Positions 30,900-40,866 of a stretch of DNA of 64,000 nucleotides are shown piece by piece (within the stretch, counting starts at the first letter, position 1; every line of letters starts with the position of its first letter). The notes beneath the pieces are model-generated. The model was not told the DNA's origin. It searched no databases and was given only the letters and a program-made list of their open reading frames with translations. Made by a program: the position numbers and the translations under genes. This DNA is from a bacterium (GTDB taxonomy: Bacteria > Zhuqueibacterota > Zhuqueibacteria > Zhuqueibacterales > Zhuqueibacteraceae), in NCBI GenBank assembly GCA_044869275.1, contig JBIOXB010000143.1:1-64000 (forward strand), read 5' to 3'.

Positions 30900-30974
30900 C
30901 GGGGCATGGCGCAGTCCGGCTAGCGCGCCTGCTTTGGGAGCAGGAGGTCGCAGGTTCAATTCCTGCTGCCCCGA
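30900..30974 (+). tRNA. tRNA-Pro(TGG)
   Basis: Acceptor CGGGGCA/TGCCCCG, anticodon arm CCTGC-TTTGGGA-GCAGG, GTTCAAT T-loop; CCA not encoded. Confidence 0.95.
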
Positions 30975-30986
30975 CCCCCGCAAACT

Positions 30987-31070
30987 TGGATTAATGGATT
31001 GGTGGATTAATGGATTAGCGGTACAATGGAAGTCTCTTTACTCCAAAAATCCAGTAATCCAATAATCCAT
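30987..31070. repeat. 8-nt tandem-repeat hairpin in a tRNA spacer
   Basis: TGGATT at 30987/30995/31003/31011 and AATCCA at 31048/31056/31064. Confidence 0.85.
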
Positions 31071-31087
31071 TTGTCTTGTCGTTGTTT

Positions 31088-31161
31088 GCGCCAGTAGCTC
31101 AAGTGGATAGAGCAACAGCCTTCTAAGCTGTGGGCTGGGGGTTCGATTCCCTCCTGGCGCA
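31088..31161 (+). tRNA. tRNA-Arg(TCT)
   Basis: Acceptor GCGCCAG/CTGGCGC, anticodon arm ACAGC-CTTCTAA-GCTGT, GTTCGAT T-loop. Confidence 0.95.
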
Positions 31162-31205
31162 CAGTATTCCGCTGCAGGTGAGCTGCAATCCTGGCCGCAA
31201 CAAAT

Positions 31206-31282
31206 GGTGAGTGTAGCTCAGTTGGCAGAGCGCCAGGTTGTGGTCCTGGTGGTCGCGGGTTCAAATCCCGTCACTCACCCCA
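31206..31282 (+). tRNA. tRNA-His(GTG)
   Basis: G-1 plus GTGAGTG/CACTCAC, anticodon arm CCAGG-TTGTGGT-CCTGG, encoded CCA. Confidence 0.95.
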
Positions 31283-31299
31283 AGTTTTGCATCAAACTC

Positions 31300-31371
31300 G
31301 TCCCCTTCGTCTAGTGGTCAGGACTCAGGATTTTCGATCCTGTAACACGGGTTCGAATCCCGTAGGGGACG
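31300..31371 (+). tRNA. tRNA-Glu(TTC)
   Basis: Acceptor GTCCCCT/AGGGGAC, anticodon arm CAGGA-TTTTCGA-TCCTG, GTTCGAA T-loop. Confidence 0.95.
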
Positions 31372-31572
31372 CCGCTTCACCCTCCCGCTTTGAGAATGTC
31401 CTTTCCGCAGCCGAATCATCTCTCTTAATAAGCCATGGAGACCTTTGCAAAGTTCGTCCATGCCAACAAACCACGCACTCTTAACAGAGTCTCCCTGGGT
31501 ACGCTTGATGCGTAGACGATGCTCTCGCATAAACCTGTGCGGTGCGACAATCCGAGAGTGGGACCGCAAGTG

Positions 31573-31992
31573 ATGGAAAAGAATAGAGCCTACTTGCTCT
31601 TCGACGGCGAGTGCGGCATTTGCACCGCGTTTGCTGCTTGGGCGCGGCGGTTAGATCAAGGCAAAGGATTTGAAATTGTTCCCTATCAGAATTTTTCCGA
31701 AGAAGAATTGCGCCGCTTCGGAACTTCCCGCCCCAAATGCTCCCAACGCATGCATGCGTTGACCTCTCGTGGCAGAATCTACACGGGCGCTTTTGCGCTG
31801 AATTACTTTGGCTGGCACTTTTTGCCGTGGCGGCTGTGGGTGACGTTCATTTATGCCATCCCCATTCTTTTGTTGCTCGAAATCATTTGCTATGCGCTGG
31901 TGGCCAAATACCGCCGCCGAATTTCGTCGTGGCTGGGCTTGCAAGCTTGCGCCACAGCGCCGCTTTTGTCCCAGGGTTCCGGCCAAAACTGA
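31573..31992 (+). CDS. DCC-family thiol-disulfide oxidoreductase-like protein (DUF393)
   Basis: LLFDGECGIC (DxxCxxC) and Y..VA..R..IS motifs. Confidence 0.85.
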   Translation: MEKNRAYLLFDGECGICTAFAAWARRLDQGKGFEIVPYQNFSEEELRRFGTSRPKCSQRMHALTSRGRIYTGAFALNYFGWHFLPWRLWVTFIYAIPILLLLEIICYALVAKYRRRISSWLGLQACATAPLLSQGSGQN

Positions 31993-32086
31993 ATCAGGAA
32001 GCATTCAGAACCCGGAGGTGGTTCTGCAAATACGTGGCTGAGCACGGCGCGCCACTGTAAAACTGCAGTGCGAACACGACCGATGC

Positions 32087-32962
32087 TCACTTCTTGTGTT
32101 CGTTCGTCTGTGGCCACTCGCCGCGCGCTTCGTAGAATTTGACGATTTCATGCCACGCCTCGGCTGCCGTATTCACGTAAGTGATCATATCCAAATCTTC
32201 ATACGAAATCATGCCCTGCTCCGCCAGAAACGGAAAATTGATCAGCCGTTCCCAAAAATTTTTCCCGAAAAGCAATATCGGCACGGGCTCCATTTTGCTG
32301 GTTTGAATTAATGTGAGCGTCTCAAACAATTCATCGCAAGTGCCGAAACCGCCGGGAAAAGCCACCAAGGCCTTGGCGCGCAGGCGAAAATGCATTTTGC
32401 GCAGCGCAAAGTATTTGAATTGAAATGACAGGCTGGGCGTAATATAAGGATTCGGCGACTGTTCGTGCGGCAAGGTGATATTTAAGCCAATGGATTTTGC
32501 CCCCACTTCGTAAGCCCCGCGATTGGCCGCTTCCATAATACCCGGCCCGCCCCCGGTCACGACCACAAAGTCGCTATGGCTGTTGTGCTGGCAGGCCGAG
32601 GAAACCAAGCGGCTGAATTCGCGCGCTTCCTCATAGTAATGCGCATTCTCCACCAGAAGCTGCGCCTGTGCCAGCAAACGTTTCCGGCCGGGATCATGGG
32701 GATGGGCCTCAGCCTCACGCGCGATTTTCTGATAGCGCTTCTCCGCCTCCTCCCGGTCGAGCAAGCGCGCGCTGCCAAAGACGACGATGGTGGAATGAAT
32801 GCCGTGTTCGATGATGATTTTTTCGGGTTTGAGCAATTCGAGCTGAAAGCGAATGTGGCGCAAATCTTCGCGCCGAAGAAAATCTGCATCTTCAAAGGCC
32901 AGACGATAGGACGGGGAATCGACAATTTGGCGAATTTTTTCGTTCTTGTTCATAGTCTTCAT
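32087..32962 (-). CDS. LOG-family nucleotide phosphoribohydrolase (long type)
   Basis: VFGSAR, TGGGPGIMEAANRGA, FALRK and FPGGFGT.DELFE. Confidence 0.92.
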   Translation of the reverse strand: MKTMNKNEKIRQIVDSPSYRLAFEDADFLRREDLRHIRFQLELLKPEKIIIEHGIHSTIVVFGSARLLDREEAEKRYQKIAREAEAHPHDPGRKRLLAQAQLLVENAHYYEEAREFSRLVSSACQHNSHSDFVVVTGGGPGIMEAANRGAYEVGAKSIGLNITLPHEQSPNPYITPSLSFQFKYFALRKMHFRLRAKALVAFPGGFGTCDELFETLTLIQTSKMEPVPILLFGKNFWERLINFPFLAEQGMISYEDLDMITYVNTAAEAWHEIVKFYEARGEWPQTNEHKK

Positions 32963-33026
32963 ATCGTGATTGTTTGTAGCTCAAGATGGGAATCTGCGTG
33001 CTGCAGGCGTGCGCGGGCGCAACCCC

Positions 33027-33644
33027 TTAATTCTTTTTTCGCACCCACTCCCCTTCGGGCAATTGGATCCATTCGCCCGGCTTGGCGCTGTCGCGATTCA
33101 GCGTGGCGAAGGCCTTCTCTACTTCAGCGGGCTCCGCGGTTTGCACCGCAGGGTTGATGGCCATGATACGTTGCATAATGATTTGGCGATCGCGGTTTTC
33201 CTCCCTCACGAGCTGCTCGACCAATTTTTTGTACTCCTCCTCCTTTTGCAGGCGTGCCAGCGGCCGCAATTCCAGATAGCCGCGATTGTTTTCGCCCACG
33301 GCGCCGTCGCGTTTGAATTCCTCAATGTCGTCCTTGTTGAATTCACGATTCTGCACGGCCTGCAATACGGCGCGCTTCTCTTCCGACAAGGCGACCTGGC
33401 TATCGGGGCTCGCCGCGCGCACCGAAGCGACCATCCAAACATCTTCCCTGACCTGGCTGTAAGTGCCGAGAATTTGATTTTCCAGCGCGGTTTTTTCACC
33501 GGTGAAGCGCACCTCCGGTGTTTGCACGGAACAGGCGAAAAAAGAAAATCCGCTTATGAGCACCGTCAGCAGCCAGGCGTGAGGAGGGCTAAGGTGGAAA
33601 CGCGGCCCGAGGAGGCTTGCCGAACCAAGGGAAATGACCTTCAT
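33027..33644 (-). CDS. DUF1318/YdbL-like lipoprotein
   Basis: FFAC lipobox, KTALENQILG, GAVGENNRGYL and PGEWIQLPEGEWVRK. Confidence 0.8.
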   Translation of the reverse strand: MKVISLGSASLLGPRFHLSPPHAWLLTVLISGFSFFACSVQTPEVRFTGEKTALENQILGTYSQVREDVWMVASVRAASPDSQVALSEEKRAVLQAVQNREFNKDDIEEFKRDGAVGENNRGYLELRPLARLQKEEEYKKLVEQLVREENRDRQIIMQRIMAINPAVQTAEPAEVEKAFATLNRDSAKPGEWIQLPEGEWVRKKN

Positions 33645-33826
33645 AGCATCTCACCATATCAAAGGACAAAAATGCCGGCGCAGACAGCGGCGCAGCGCCG
33701 GTGCCATAGAATGATAATGCACCAGAAACTGCCATGCAAGAGTTTTCATTGGCATCCTATTGCGGATTTATTAAATTAGATTTGAAATTTTTTGCATTGC
33801 ATCCATTCATTGCCGCACTTCATTTG

Positions 33827-34582
33827 GTGAAGCCAGATCCTGAAAATCTATCTGTCGCGCTTTTCATTCCCTGCCTGGTCGATCAATTCTACCCCGAGAT
33901 CGGCGTGGCCATGGCGAATATTTTGCGCCGCGTCGGCGTGCTAGTGGAGTATGACGCGCGGCAAACCTGCTGCGGCCAGCCGGCGTTCAATGCCGGTTTT
34001 CGCCACCAAGCTTTGACGGTGGCAGAACATTTTCTAAGTGTTTTTCGCGACCCGGCGCTCATCGTGGCGCCCTCCGGATCGTGCGTCGCCATGGTGCGAA
34101 AATTTTATCCCGCGCTTTTCAAAAACCATCCGCGCGCCGCCGAGGCCGAGCAGATCGGACAGAGAGTTTTTGAATTCTCCGAGTTTCTCGTGCACCGGCT
34201 GGGCGTTACCCAACTGGGCGCCAAATTCCCACGCAAAGCCGGATTTCACAATTCTTGCCACAGCTATCGCGAATTGCAGGTGCGCGCCGAGCCCTTGGCG
34301 CTGTTGCGCGAAGTCAAAGATTTGGAATTGATCGAGCTCCACGGCGAGCCGGTCTGCTGTGGCTTTGGCGGGCTGTTTTCCATAAAATTCGCCGCCATTT
34401 CTTCCGCCATGAGCATGAGCCGCCTGACAGCTTATGAGAAAGCGGGCGCGGAAGCGATCGTGTCCAACGACCCCGGCTGCATTCTGCAGATGCGGCAGGA
34501 AGCGCAAAGGCGCAAAAGCCGAATACAGGTTTTGCACTTGGCGGAGGTGTTGAACAGCAACCTGCCATTGCAGCCAGGCTGA
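33827..34582 (+). CDS. lutA: Lactate utilisation protein A (CCG-domain Fe-S)
   Basis: LFIPCLVD, QTCCGQPAFNAG, PSGSC, HNSCH and CCGFGG; start uncertain (GTG 33827 or ATG 33734). Confidence 0.88.
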   Translation: MKPDPENLSVALFIPCLVDQFYPEIGVAMANILRRVGVLVEYDARQTCCGQPAFNAGFRHQALTVAEHFLSVFRDPALIVAPSGSCVAMVRKFYPALFKNHPRAAEAEQIGQRVFEFSEFLVHRLGVTQLGAKFPRKAGFHNSCHSYRELQVRAEPLALLREVKDLELIELHGEPVCCGFGGLFSIKFAAISSAMSMSRLTAYEKAGAEAIVSNDPGCILQMRQEAQRRKSRIQVLHLAEVLNSNLPLQPG

Positions 34583-34655
34583 GAGACCGGCATTTAAGCA
34601 CAGATTCAGGGTCTTGAGTTCAAACCTGGCTTGACCCTCACCATTCACTTAAAAC

Positions 34656-36029
34656 ATGACCGAACACAAACAATTCCTCCAGCTGGCCGCACAAAAAGTG
34701 GTGGATGAACAGCATCGTTTCAAAATCGCCAAAGCTATCGGCATCTACGAGCAGACTGTTTTTCACACGAAAGCGCAGCAATTTCACCATTGGGAGGAGG
34801 CGCGGGCCTATGCCGCCGCGATCAAAGATGAAGTGCTGGCGCGATTGCCGGAGCTGTTGGAGCAATTTGAGGAAAGATTTACCGCCCGAGGCGGCCGGGT
34901 TTTTTGGGCGGAAACGGCGGAAGCAGCCGTGCAATATATTCTGCAAGTGGCACAACGCCGGCAGGCGAAGCGCGTCGTCAAATCCAAGTCCATGACCACG
35001 GAAGAGATTCTTCTGAACGAAAATCTCGAAGCCGCCGGCATCGAAGTTTGGGAAAGCGATTTGGGGGAATTGATCGTGCAACTCGCCGGCGAGAAGCCGT
35101 ATCACATCGTGACACCGGCGATGCACAAAAGCACGGCGGAAATCGCGCAGCTTTTTCAAGACAAATTGCAGGCCCCGCCCAACGCGAGCGCGGAAGAGCT
35201 GACCATGATCGCGCGGCGGCATTTGCGGCAGGCCTATATCCGCAGCGACCTCGGCATTACCGGCGGGAATTTTCTCATCGCAGAGGCAGGCGCCGTCGTC
35301 GTTACTGAGAACGAAGGCAATGCGCGCTTGACCATGTCCTGCCCCCCGGTGCATATCGCCATTGCCGGCATAGAAAAAATCATTCCCCGGCTTTCCGATT
35401 TGAGTTTGTTCCTGCCGTTGTTGGCAACCAGCGGCACCGGGCAACAAATCACTTGCTACAATTCCGTGCTCTCGGGTCCGCGCCAGCAGCACGAGCACGA
35501 TGGCCCTGAGGAAATGCACGTCATCTTGCTGGACAATGGCCGCTCGGAACTTTACACCAACGAAATTTTTCGCGAAGCATTGCGCTGCATTCGTTGCGGC
35601 GCGTGTTTGAATGCCTGCCCGGTGTATCGCAACATCGGCGGGCACAGTTATCGCGCCACGTATCAAGGCCCGATCGGAGCCGTGCTCACCCCACACTATA
35701 ACGGTTTTGCACAATACCAACATCTGGCGGCCGCTTCTTCTTTATGCGGCGCCTGTAGCGAGGTGTGTCCGGTGCAGATCGACATTCATCATTTGCTGCT
35801 GGAAAACCGCTGGCAGGCCGCTTCTGCGCCGGCGGCATTTTGGGAGCGTGCCGCCATGCGCCTTTACGCCTGGATGATGCTGCGGCCGCGGCGCTTGCAG
35901 GTGTTGCGCCGCGTCTTGCTCGCGTTGCAGCCTTACGCGCGTCTTTTTCCGAAAATCCGCCACGCCGCGCCCCCTTTGAGCAAAGAGGCTTTCCGCACCA
36001 TTTGGCAGGACCATGAACGGCAGTCGTGA
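34656..36029 (+). CDS. lutB: Lactate utilisation protein B (Fe-S)
   Basis: KSKSMTTEE, ENEGNAR, LRCIRCGACLNACPVY and SLCGACSEVCPV. Confidence 0.93.
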   Translation: MTEHKQFLQLAAQKVVDEQHRFKIAKAIGIYEQTVFHTKAQQFHHWEEARAYAAAIKDEVLARLPELLEQFEERFTARGGRVFWAETAEAAVQYILQVAQRRQAKRVVKSKSMTTEEILLNENLEAAGIEVWESDLGELIVQLAGEKPYHIVTPAMHKSTAEIAQLFQDKLQAPPNASAEELTMIARRHLRQAYIRSDLGITGGNFLIAEAGAVVVTENEGNARLTMSCPPVHIAIAGIEKIIPRLSDLSLFLPLLATSGTGQQITCYNSVLSGPRQQHEHDGPEEMHVILLDNGRSELYTNEIFREALRCIRCGACLNACPVYRNIGGHSYRATYQGPIGAVLTPHYNGFAQYQHLAAASSLCGACSEVCPVQIDIHHLLLENRWQAASAPAAFWERAAMRLYAWMMLRPRRLQVLRRVLLALQPYARLFPKIRHAAPPLSKEAFRTIWQDHERQS

Positions 36030-36690
36030 AAAAATCCTAAAGCGTCTGCGTGCGGCGAAGCCAGTGGGCACGGAGCCAGTCGCCCGCCGGCGGGATGCAG
36101 CGCTATTTCGAGACTATCCGGACACGCATGAGCAATGCCTCGCCCAATTCGCCACCCAATTCATCTCTTTGAAAGGCGAATGGTTTCGGAGCAAAGATCC
36201 ACCCGCCGCAGCGGCGCAATTGAGAAGCTTGCTGCAAGCGCTCGCGCCGGCAGAGGGAACGCCTCCGGCTCTTTTTTTGCGGCATGCCGATAGCCTGCTC
36301 GATGAAATTATGAGAAACGACCCATGGTTGGAGCGGCACGACACGGTTGTATCCGGAGAAATCAGCAACGCTGATTTTGAAAAATTCCAGGCTGGCATTA
36401 CGGCCGCGGACTATCTCGTCGCGCGCACGGGCAGCATCGTTTTGCAGGCGAATGCCGCCGGCGGGCGACGGCTTTCGATTTTGCCGCCGTTTCATATTGT
36501 CCTCGCCCGTGCCGCACAAGTGGTGCATTCATTGGATGAGGTATTTGCTGCCTACGAAGCACAACATACTCGACCCGTGACCAGCTATCTGACGGTTATC
36601 ACCGGACCGAGCCGGACTTCGGACATCGAAAAAACTCTGGTGCTCGGCGCACACGGTCCCAAACGGCTCGCCGTAATTTTGATTGGCTGA
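36013..36690 (+). CDS. lutC: Lactate utilisation protein C (LUD domain)
   Basis: SREKILKRL, ARTGSI and ITGPSRTSDIEKTLVLGAHGP. Confidence 0.92.
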   Translation: MNGSREKILKRLRAAKPVGTEPVARRRDAALFRDYPDTHEQCLAQFATQFISLKGEWFRSKDPPAAAAQLRSLLQALAPAEGTPPALFLRHADSLLDEIMRNDPWLERHDTVVSGEISNADFEKFQAGITAADYLVARTGSIVLQANAAGGRRLSILPPFHIVLARAAQVVHSLDEVFAAYEAQHTRPVTSYLTVITGPSRTSDIEKTLVLGAHGPKRLAVILIG

Positions 36691-36769
36691 TCTGCGACTC
36701 GAAATGAGCACAGGGTTCTTCACGGCAAGGATCACCGCAGCGCTTGGGCTTGGCGCGGCTCATTATTGG

Positions 36770-36863
36770 CAAAGAAATTCAAAATCCTTAGCCCAAAACT
36801 CAAAGTCCCTATTGGATTTTGGGTTTTGTGTTTTGAATTTTGCGTTTCCGGCTTGTGCGGGTT
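36770..36863. repeat. 7-nt tandem-repeat hairpin (CAAAAYY / RRTTTTG)
   Basis: aattcaaaatccttagcccaaaactcaaagtcc followed by ggattttgggttttgtgttttgaattttgcgttt. Confidence 0.7.
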
Positions 36864-39621
36864 ATGCCATTTCTGAAGAAGGGCTGGTGTCGTGAATTTT
36901 AGCTGCCGCAACGCAACGCGAATTACTTTCTGCCAGCAGAATTGCGGCCTGCGCGGTAGAAACCGGTGAGACTGCGTTAGGAAATGCTGGGTGAGTGTCC
37001 GGATGGCCGCGTGTGATCGATCCCTCCGGGTTTGCATTTGGGCTTGGCGCAAGCGCCTCCTGCCAGGGCAGGGAGACGGTGAACCGGCTACCCTTTCCCA
37101 GCTCGCTCTGCACGGTAATGCTTCCCCCATGCAATTCGACCATACGGTGCACGAGTGCCAATCCCAGACCGGTGCCCGGATACGGGCGTGAGAGCGTGCC
37201 ATTGAGTTGGACAAAGGGCTGAAACAACTGCTCCATATCTTTCTGTGAGATGCCGATGCCGGTATCCCAGACGGCGAAATGTACCATGCCTTGCTTCACA
37301 TCGCCATTCACCTCTAAGCCGATGGCTCCGTCCTCCGGAGTGAACTTGACGGCATTACTCAAGAGATTCACCAGGATTTGCTTCAAGCGCCGCCCATCCG
37401 CTCGGACCAACATCACCGCGCTGTCAAATGTGGAAGTAATCTTGAGCTGTTTTCCCTTCGCGATTTGATTGATGATCCTGAGACTCGCCTGGCAGACCGA
37501 ATCGACCGGGACCGGACTTATTTCCAATTCCATTTTGCCCGCCTCGATTTTAGAGAGATCGAGTATGTCGTTGATCAAGTCGAGCAGGTGGCGGCCGCTT
37601 TCTTCGATGCCGAGCAAGGCCTTCAGTTGTTTTGGGTTGAGCGCTCCGTAAATCTGATCTTGCAGCGCTTCACTCAAGCCTAAAATAGCATTCAGAGGTG
37701 TGCGCAGTTCGTGACTCATGCTGGCCAGAAATTCATCTTTCAGGCGCGCCGCTTTGGCCAGCTCCGCATTCGCTACCCTTAATGCCGCGGTCCGTTCTTC
37801 AACCCGGCGGGCCAGCAAGGCGCGTTCTTCCGCCAGCGCCGCTTCGATGCGTTTGCGCTCCGTGAGATCGCGGACGATACTGGTATAGAATGTTCCTCTT
37901 TCTGTCTTCCACATGGTCAGGGAAAGCTCCAGTGGAAATTCATTGCCATCTTTCCTGAGCCCTTGCAGTTCAATAACTCTTCCGATGACTTTGGATTCGC
38001 CGGTGGCATGCAGCCGCTCCAGTCCTCTCACATGCCGGTTGCGGTAGCGTTCGGGCATCAACAGGGTCAGCGCTTGGCCCAACACTTCCGCGCGCTCATA
38101 GCCGAACATGACTTCCGCTCCCTTGTTCCAGGCTATAATGTTTCCCACGCCATCGGCTAAGATAATGGCGTCAATGGCGGTCTTTACCACGGAGCGGAAT
38201 TTCGTCTCGGAGTCTCGCAGCTCCGTTTCCACGTGCTTGCGTTTGGTGATATCGCGCGAATTGACGATAATGCTGGCTTTGCCCGAATCAACCCAGATGG
38301 TCTTGCCGATGGATTCGAGCGTATGCCATGCTCCAGCTTTGTGGCGAAAACGGTACTCCGCCGAGTGCATCTCGCCCGGGGTGAGGAGAGCTTCATTGAA
38401 AATGCTTAAAACGCGGGCGCGATCGTCAGGATGTACGAAATCAAAGGCGATCTGGCCAACCAATTCCTCCGGTTTGTATCCCAACAAGCGCTCAACGGAA
38501 GGGCTTTTGTAGCAAATCGTGCCATCCACATTCATGATGGTAATGATGTCAGAAGCGTTCTCGATCAGTGAGCGAAAGTGCTCTTCGCTGTGTTGCAGGG
38601 CTTCTTCGGCGCGCCGGCGTGCGCTGATTTCCGCGCCCAAAGATTCGACCGATTTTGCCAAAGCTGCCGTGCGATGCTGCACACGCAGGTCCAATTCGTT
38701 ATTCGCTCTCCGCAGATCCTCCACGGCCTGCCGACGTTCCGCGACAACGGCGGCAAGGAATAGCGCCAGCAGCGCCATGGCGCCCATGAAACCTTGGAGT
38801 AACAGAAGTGCTTCGCTCTCATCTCCCTTCGCAAACGGGCCGTAACCGCCAAGCGTGCCCCAAGTGGCGATTCCGGACAGGACAAAAATAGCGGTTGCGG
38901 TCTCGCGTCGGCCGAAGCGAAACGCCGTCCAGATGAGCAGCGGCACGCAGAGAAATTCAAGCGGATAGTCTTTCCTTTCAGCAGGAAACAGTCCACCGAA
39001 CACAACTTGGCCTATAAGAATAAGGCATAACAGCAGTATGGCGGCCTCCAGGACCTGACCCCGGCTCCACCGGACGCGAGGGTTCGCAAACCAGAGAACC
39101 AGCAGGGGAGCCACAGTGAGATCACCGACCGCGTCCCCAAGCCACCAAGCCAACCAGATTGATTCATAATTTGCCCACGCGGCGAAGCCCCCCAGACAAA
39201 GACTGGTCACGCCCAATGTGGCGCTCACCATCGTGCTCACGATCGCAGCCAAGATGGCGAATTTGAGAATATCCAACGGCAGCGCAAAGGCGTTTCTGCC
39301 GCCTGCAAACCGATTCACCCAGTAAGCGCCCAGCAAGCCTTCCAAAGTGTTGCCAGTAGCGATACCAATCGTAGTGGCAACTGTGCCACCTGTCAATATA
39401 TTCACCAAAAACGCGCCTATAAAGACTCCGGGCCAGGCTCTGTATCCCAATACCAAAAAAGCCGCCATTGTGATTCCGGTCGGTGGCCAGACCGCCGTAG
39501 CACTAGGATGCACAAAGGCCAGCATCAGCCCGAATTTGCCAGCAATAAGGTAAACAGCAGCAAGAAGTACGGTTAGCCAGAAACCGGAGATCGGGAGCGG
39601 GGGTATTAGGGGAGATTTCAT
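36862..39621 (-). CDS. MASE1-PAS-PAS histidine kinase, C-terminally truncated at the start of a receiver domain
   Basis: MASE1 (VWPPTG, WWLGDAVG), two PAS domains, H-box SHELRTPLN, NLLSNAVKFT, DTGIG, GTGLGL; ends ILLAE then unrelated sequence. Confidence 0.88.
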   Translation of the reverse strand: MKSPLIPPLPISGFWLTVLLAAVYLIAGKFGLMLAFVHPSATAVWPPTGITMAAFLVLGYRAWPGVFIGAFLVNILTGGTVATTIGIATGNTLEGLLGAYWVNRFAGGRNAFALPLDILKFAILAAIVSTMVSATLGVTSLCLGGFAAWANYESIWLAWWLGDAVGDLTVAPLLVLWFANPRVRWSRGQVLEAAILLLCLILIGQVVFGGLFPAERKDYPLEFLCVPLLIWTAFRFGRRETATAIFVLSGIATWGTLGGYGPFAKGDESEALLLLQGFMGAMALLALFLAAVVAERRQAVEDLRRANNELDLRVQHRTAALAKSVESLGAEISARRRAEEALQHSEEHFRSLIENASDIITIMNVDGTICYKSPSVERLLGYKPEELVGQIAFDFVHPDDRARVLSIFNEALLTPGEMHSAEYRFRHKAGAWHTLESIGKTIWVDSGKASIIVNSRDITKRKHVETELRDSETKFRSVVKTAIDAIILADGVGNIIAWNKGAEVMFGYERAEVLGQALTLLMPERYRNRHVRGLERLHATGESKVIGRVIELQGLRKDGNEFPLELSLTMWKTERGTFYTSIVRDLTERKRIEAALAEERALLARRVEERTAALRVANAELAKAARLKDEFLASMSHELRTPLNAILGLSEALQDQIYGALNPKQLKALLGIEESGRHLLDLINDILDLSKIEAGKMELEISPVPVDSVCQASLRIINQIAKGKQLKITSTFDSAVMLVRADGRRLKQILVNLLSNAVKFTPEDGAIGLEVNGDVKQGMVHFAVWDTGIGISQKDMEQLFQPFVQLNGTLSRPYPGTGLGLALVHRMVELHGGSITVQSELGKGSRFTVSLPWQEALAPSPNANPEGSITRGHPDTHPAFPNAVSPVSTAQAAILLAESNSRCVAAAKIHDTSPSSEMA

Positions 39622-39772
39622 GCTGTACTCTCCTCCTGAGAGCTTTAACTTCCGAGCGATGCATTAAAGCGACAGTCGCCAGCGGGTGTATTTCGTCTCG
39701 CTTATATATCTATCTGCAAAGCAAGAGCAGTGCGTTACCATTTCATAAAAATTTTTTGTGCCTCCTTTCTCG

Positions 39773-40804
39773 TCAGGTTTCTGTTTGCACGCGCCGCACG
39801 ATTTCATCCGCCATCTCCTTTGTGCCGCAGCTCGAATTCTTTCGCAGATCCGGCGTGACACATTTGCCCTCCCGTATCACTTCACGCACCGCCGTTTCGA
39901 CCCGGCGCGCAGCGGCAAATTCACCCACATATTCCAGCATCATCACCCCGGCCATGATCACGGCCGTGGGGTTCGCAATATTCTTACCCGCAATATCCGG
40001 CGCACTGCCGTGTACGGCTTCGAAAATCGCGGCACTTTTGCCGATATTTGCGCCTGCGGTCAAACCCAGCCCTCCCACCAACCCCGCGGCCAAATCGGAT
40101 AGAATATCCCCGAATAAGTTCGTGGTGACGATGACATCGTATGCTGAGGGCTCCATGACCATCTGCATGGCGCAGGCATCGATAATTTTGTCGCGAAACT
40201 CGATGGCGGGATAGGCTTGCGCGATTTCACGGCCGATCTCCAAAAACATGCCGGTGGTGCATTTCAAAATGTTGGCCTTGTGCACGAGCGTGACCCGTTT
40301 GCGCCCATGATGCCGGGCGTAATCAAAGGCATAGCGAATGATCTTCTCCGATCCGCTGCGCGTGACCACGGCCACGCTTTCTGCTGCGATGTTGATGCCG
40401 TCGGCTTTGATGAAATGTTCAACGCCGGAATACAGACCCTCCGTGTTCTCGCGAATCATCACGATGTTCACGTGTTTGTGAAGCGCGGACACACCCTCGA
40501 AAGACGCCGACGGGCGCACATTGGCATAAAGATCGAATTCCTGCCGCAGGGCGACATTCACGCTGCGATAGCCGCCTCCCACAGGCGTCGTCAAGGGACC
40601 CTTGAGCGCGACCCGTGTGCTGCGAATAGAGGCCAGCGTTTCCGGAGGCAACGGATCGTTCCTGGCCTGCACGGCGGCCATGCCGCCCAATTGGCGATCC
40701 CAATGAATGGAAACACCTGTTGCTTCCAACACGCGCACGGCGGCAGCAATGATGGCAGGGCCAATGCCATCGCCCGGAATCAGCGTAATGTTGTACAAAT
40801 TCAC
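39773..40804 (-). CDS. icd: Isocitrate dehydrogenase, NAD-dependent type (isocitrate/isopropylmalate family)
   Basis: LIPGDGIGP, KGPLTTPVGGGYRSVN, RENTEG, HKANI, NLFGDILSD and EAVHGSAPDIAG; start approximate. Confidence 0.85.
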   Translation of the reverse strand: MNLYNITLIPGDGIGPAIIAAAVRVLEATGVSIHWDRQLGGMAAVQARNDPLPPETLASIRSTRVALKGPLTTPVGGGYRSVNVALRQEFDLYANVRPSASFEGVSALHKHVNIVMIRENTEGLYSGVEHFIKADGINIAAESVAVVTRSGSEKIIRYAFDYARHHGRKRVTLVHKANILKCTTGMFLEIGREIAQAYPAIEFRDKIIDACAMQMVMEPSAYDVIVTTNLFGDILSDLAAGLVGGLGLTAGANIGKSAAIFEAVHGSAPDIAGKNIANPTAVIMAGVMMLEYVGEFAAARRVETAVREVIREGKCVTPDLRKNSSCGTKEMADEIVRRVQTET

Positions 40805-40866
40805 TCCGTCAAAAGATTTCCTTGGGAATACCGAAAGATACATTCCGTGTGGCGCGTGTGCAAGTG

